From: an uncultured bacterium
GTDB taxonomy: Bacteria; Krumholzibacteriota; Krumholzibacteriia; JACNKJ01
DNA: 64,000 bases
Reading direction: 5' to 3'
NCBI GenBank assembly: GCA_963695095.1
Contig: CAVOFT010000001.1
Span: forward strand, 3,488,001-3,552,000
Part shown: piece after piece, positions 60,712 through 64,000 of the stretch
How positions within the stretch are numbered: position 1 is the stretch's first letter
Layout: each line of letters starts with the position of its first letter
The notes under the pieces: generated by a model
What the model was told of the DNA's origin: nothing
The model's database searches: none
Seen by the model: the letters and a program-made list of their open reading frames with translations, nothing else
Made by a program: the position numbers and the translations under genes

Positions 60712-61215
60712 ATGCCCACGCGCCGCGACGCCTTGCTCTGGCCGCTCGCCCTCCTGGCCATCTTCGCAGGCGGCACGCTGCTCTTCGCGCTGCTGTGGAT
60801 GCCGATCTGGCTGCGTCCCTTCGGCTGGACCCTGCAGCGCACGGCCCTGGCCGGCCTGGTGCTCGCGCTGATTCCGCTCACCTATGGCCGGCGGCGGGCG
60901 GACGAGGCGGCGCGGCTGAGCAGGGCGAGCCGCTGCCTGCTGCGTCCCCCCGGCTGGCCGGCCCTGGCCGCGAGTAGCCTTGCCGCCACCCTGCTCGCCA
61001 CGGGCGCGCAGCTCCTGCTCATCCGCAGGAATCCGGATCTCTATCTGGCGCAGTACTGGCGGGAGGAGATCTGGGCGCTCTGGCTGCTCATGCTGCCGGC
61101 CAGCGCCCTGGGCCTGAGCGGACACGCGCTCTGGGTGCACCTGCGGGCGGATGGGTTGCGCGGCGCGCCGGAACAGCCCCCGGCCGAGGCGGCACCCGAG
61201 GAGCCGCCACGCTAG
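60712..61215 (+). CDS. Hypothetical membrane protein
   Basis: Four hydrophobic segments; fills the gap between flanking genes. Confidence 0.55.
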   Translation: MPTRRDALLWPLALLAIFAGGTLLFALLWMPIWLRPFGWTLQRTALAGLVLALIPLTYGRRRADEAARLSRASRCLLRPPGWPALAASSLAATLLATGAQLLLIRRNPDLYLAQYWREEIWALWLLMLPASALGLSGHALWVHLRADGLRGAPEQPPAEAAPEEPPR

Positions 61216-61224
61216 CGGGGCCGG

Positions 61225-61932
61225 CTAGCCCAGGCCCAGCCAGTCGTCGACGAGGAAGATCACCCGGCCGATCAGGATCGACACGCGGCCCATGATCGTG
61301 TAGCCGAAGGCGGCGCCGAAGGACACCATCAGGAACCAGATGCCCACCCGCCCGACGCCGCCCACAACACCCTTGTGCTCGGCCGAGAAGAAGAAGTAGA
61401 CGAGCACGGCCAGCACCCCGACCACGAAGACGAGGCTGGAGATCCACTCGCCCGTGCTCACGGCCTGCGTTTGCGCCTCCACCCAGATCGGCAGTCGCTC
61501 CGGGATGAAGCGCCAGAAGCTGCGGATGGTGTCGGCCGACTGCGGCAGCACCTCGCCCTGCAGCTTCTGCATCATGTTCAGGCCCGTGTAGTAGCCCACG
61601 TAGACGGCCAGCGCGAAGCGGCTCACCCAGGCGATCTTGGGGATGTAGCGCGTGTAGAGGATGAGCGCGAGCAGGAAGGGCACGACGAGCAGCCACTGCT
61701 GCGTCGTGTGCACCGGGTAGCGCTCGGGGCTGTAGGCCGGTCCGGCGTGGAAGAGCGGCGCGATCAGGTTGGGCACGAAGGTGTTCTTGAAGGTCAGGTT
61801 GATGTAGTAGCCCATGCTGATGCCGGCGAAGGCGCTTTCCGCAAACCGGAAGAAGGGGTTGTCCTTGTAGAGGAAGCTCAAGATGAAGAGCGTGAAGAGC
61901 GCTCCGACCCAGACCCAGACTTCGGTGGACAT
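61225..61932 (-). CDS. Conserved hypothetical membrane protein (DUF6754-cluster member)
   Basis: SFLYKDNPFFRFAE and LMVSFGAAFG.T.MGR; about 5-6 TM helices. Confidence 0.8.
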   Translation of the reverse strand: MSTEVWVWVGALFTLFILSFLYKDNPFFRFAESAFAGISMGYYINLTFKNTFVPNLIAPLFHAGPAYSPERYPVHTTQQWLLVVPFLLALILYTRYIPKIAWVSRFALAVYVGYYTGLNMMQKLQGEVLPQSADTIRSFWRFIPERLPIWVEAQTQAVSTGEWISSLVFVVGVLAVLVYFFFSAEHKGVVGGVGRVGIWFLMVSFGAAFGYTIMGRVSILIGRVIFLVDDWLGLG

Positions 61933-61940
61933 AAGCTCCC

Positions 61941-62849
61941 CTACTGCCGACCGCGCTGACGCCGCTCCACGAGGAAGCCGACGTTGCCGATGATGATGAA
62001 GAGCGTGATGATCGAGTAGACGATGGACTGCACGTCCCAGCCCTTGCCGGCGTTGTAGACGTCGGCGGCGGTCGCCGTCGCGACCCGGGGGTGCTTCTGC
62101 TCGACCAGGTACTCGTACTCCGCGGCGCCCTTGAGCCCGGGCAGGAGCGCGAACATCTGCCCCGCCTTGTAGTAGGCGAAGTACTTGGGCGCGCTCACCG
62201 CCGTGCAGCCCACCGCCACGGGCGTGCCGTACTGGGCGTTGACCAGATTCGCCCACCACTCGCCGATGATGCCGGTGGCGAAGCTCATGACGAAGGCGAC
62301 GTCATCGTAGCCCTGCACCGTGTTGGACAGCTCGTACTCGGTGACCGACGCCTGGAAGTACTCCTGGGGGAACACCGCGTGGACGTTCTCGCCCATCTGC
62401 CGCATCGTGGCCTGGCCGCCGTCCTTGTAGCCCAGGTAGACGAAGTCCTTGCCGTAGAACTTGCCGGGGAAGGCCGTGCTCTCGAGCTTGCCCGTCGCCG
62501 GGTCGATGTCGCCCACCGCGCGCTGCAATTCCTCGAGCCCCTCGGTCACGCCGCCCAGCGGATAGAGCGCGATGCAGATCACCTTGATGTCCCGCGCCAT
62601 GCAGTGCCGGATGAAGGTGTCGGCCATCGGGTCGTTCTCGGGGCCCGTCGAGGGGCCGTAGTCGAAGGAGGCGAGCACGATCGAGCCCGCCGGCAGGCTC
62701 TCGACGCGATCGTAGAGGTCCTGCACGGACTGGGCGACATTCACCGGCAGGTTGAGCGGCGCCAGGATGGGAATCACCGCGGCGAGGCCGACGAGGAGGA
62801 AGAGCCAGCGCCGGTCGAGGTTCATCAAGCGCTGGAAGAGATCAGTCAC
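61941..62849 (-). CDS. Conserved hypothetical membrane-anchored protein (DUF6754-cluster member)
   Basis: DRRW, FDY.P, YLGYK.G, GCTAVSAP and GL.GAAEYE; TM at both ends. Confidence 0.8.
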   Translation of the reverse strand: MTDLFQRLMNLDRRWLFLLVGLAAVIPILAPLNLPVNVAQSVQDLYDRVESLPAGSIVLASFDYGPSTGPENDPMADTFIRHCMARDIKVICIALYPLGGVTEGLEELQRAVGDIDPATGKLESTAFPGKFYGKDFVYLGYKDGGQATMRQMGENVHAVFPQEYFQASVTEYELSNTVQGYDDVAFVMSFATGIIGEWWANLVNAQYGTPVAVGCTAVSAPKYFAYYKAGQMFALLPGLKGAAEYEYLVEQKHPRVATATAADVYNAGKGWDVQSIVYSIITLFIIIGNVGFLVERRQRGRQ

Positions 62850-62850
62850 G

Positions 62851-63537
62851 CTACTCTCCCTTCTGCAGGCCGAGGTAGGAGCGCTCGATGCCGATCAGGA
62901 TGCGCAGGGCCATCGAGGCCGCGCCCAGCGCCGCCCCGATGATGATGCCGCGCTGCGCCGCCGCGTTGGGAATGTTCAGGGTCCACTGGGTGAGATCGGG
63001 CAGGAAGGGCAAGACGCGCACCACGTAGGGGTTGACGCCCAGCATGATGAGAAGCGCGGCCGCCAGCAGGATGCCCGCCTCCAGGTTGCGCACGCGGAAG
63101 GCGCGGAAGGCGGCCGAGGCCACGTAGAAGGCGAGCAGGCTGAACATCGTCGCCTGCAGCGGCTTGAAGCCGGCCTCGACGATCCAGTTGTAGGCGGCGT
63201 GCGCGTACCAGGCCGTGTTCTCCACGCGCGCGAAGGCGTCCCAGAGGCCGAAGACGGCGGTGACGATGAGCGCGGTCAGGAAGACCCCGGCGTAGGGCCA
63301 GCCCTGGCTGCGATTGGAGATCTTCTTGAGATTGACCTGGAACACGTTGACGACGCCGAGCAGGAGCGCGCCCGCGGCGAGGATCACCATCCACTGCTCG
63401 AAGGTGTCGCTGACCTGCACGACGCCGTTGCCGCCGGGATCGTCCCTGAGCACCGCCGGCGATCTGAAGAAGAAGGACAGGATCGGCAACATGCCGGCGA
63501 TGAAGGTGAGCAGGAGCGGGAGTCGCTTCTTGAACAT
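62851..63537 (-). CDS. Conserved hypothetical membrane protein (DUF6754-cluster member)
   Basis: ATMFSLLAFYVASAAFRAFR.RN.EA and RGIIIG..LG..LR...GIER. Confidence 0.8.
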   Translation of the reverse strand: MFKKRLPLLLTFIAGMLPILSFFFRSPAVLRDDPGGNGVVQVSDTFEQWMVILAAGALLLGVVNVFQVNLKKISNRSQGWPYAGVFLTALIVTAVFGLWDAFARVENTAWYAHAAYNWIVEAGFKPLQATMFSLLAFYVASAAFRAFRVRNLEAGILLAAALLIMLGVNPYVVRVLPFLPDLTQWTLNIPNAAAQRGIIIGAALGAASMALRILIGIERSYLGLQKGE

Positions 63538-63547
63538 GCTGTCCTCT

Positions 63548-64000
63548 CTACTGCGGCATCAGCCAATCTTGCATCGCGAAGTTGCTCGTGAAGGTGACGA
63601 TCAGGATGCCGACGACGATCCACACGAGCAGGATCAACTTGACGAAGTCCTGGCCCTTGACGCTGCCCAGCATGATCGGCTCGCGCGAGAGATAGGCGCT
63701 GGCCGCGTAGAGCTCCTCACCGATCAGGGTGTAGTCGCAGGTGACGACGAAGAAGGGGATCTGGGCCACCTCGGCCGTGCCCGCGATCTGGATCGCGCCC
63801 GTCGACTGTCCGGCCTCGGCCAGCAGCAGGCTCTCGGCATAGAAGGAGCCGATCAGGAAGTTCGCCGCCGGCTTCTCGCGCACCATGATCCCCGACACCG
63901 CGGCGGTGTAGGCGAACTGGTCGTAGGTGACGTAGTGCACCATCTCGTCGCTGAAGAGATCCGGCCGGCCCGCCTCCAGGTAGGCCTCCTTCACCGTCTC
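63548..64000 (-). CDS. DUF6754-like protein, C-terminal part (truncated by the window)
   Basis: QFAY, G.FYAESL.LAE.G...GAIQIAGT and QIPFF..CDY.LIGEELYAASAYLS. Confidence 0.8.
   Translation of the reverse strand, partial: ETVKEAYLEAGRPDLFSDEMVHYVTYDQFAYTAAVSGIMVREKPAANFLIGSFYAESLLLAEAGQSTGAIQIAGTAEVAQIPFFVVTCDYTLIGEELYAASAYLSREPIMLGSVKGQDFVKLILLVWIVVGILIVTFTSNFAMQDWLMPQ

Noticed and set aside
1..64000. CRISPR array, tRNA, rRNA or integron attC array
   Set aside because: No regularly spaced repeats, cloverleaf or rRNA-like sequence was seen by eye, and no cas or integron integrase gene is present.

Overview
GC-rich bacterial genomic window. The gene content suggests an uncultured FCB-superphylum lineage such as Krumholzibacteriota, Latescibacterota or Eisenbacteria; this is an inference from FlgD-Ig 'PNPFNP' tail proteins, futalosine-pathway genes and a DUF6754-type cluster. 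A core backbone carries an S9 peptidase, a hutH-like ammonia-lyase, an MFS transporter, a sensor kinase and a phosphatase, ubiD/menG, mutM, glnA, terC, pepT, ubiX/ubiA/mqnA/deaminase, a GT4 and a four-gene membrane cluster. Two accessory regions interrupt it. The first (~1.7-15.1 kb) is a decayed island with an MNT-HEPN toxin-antitoxin pair, three IS91-like remnants, IS3 and ISL3 remnants, two-component genes and a CoA-disulfide-reductase-like enzyme. The second (~40.2-54 kb) holds an ECF sigma/anti-sigma/CotH/VTC/DUF4956 operon, an IS481 remnant, a second CotH and a Tat-exported flavoprotein module. The most striking signal is five signal-peptide proteins of four unrelated types that all end in the same 14-residue motif, A-[VT]-x-x-x-[ST]-[WF]-[SG]-x-[ILV]-K-x-L-Y-stop, each encoded ...CTCTACTAG. 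This is a candidate short C-terminal sorting signal that coexists with T9SS-like FlgD-Ig tails. Several core genes carry single-base frameshifts that look like long-read errors. No rRNA, tRNA or CRISPR array was recognised.
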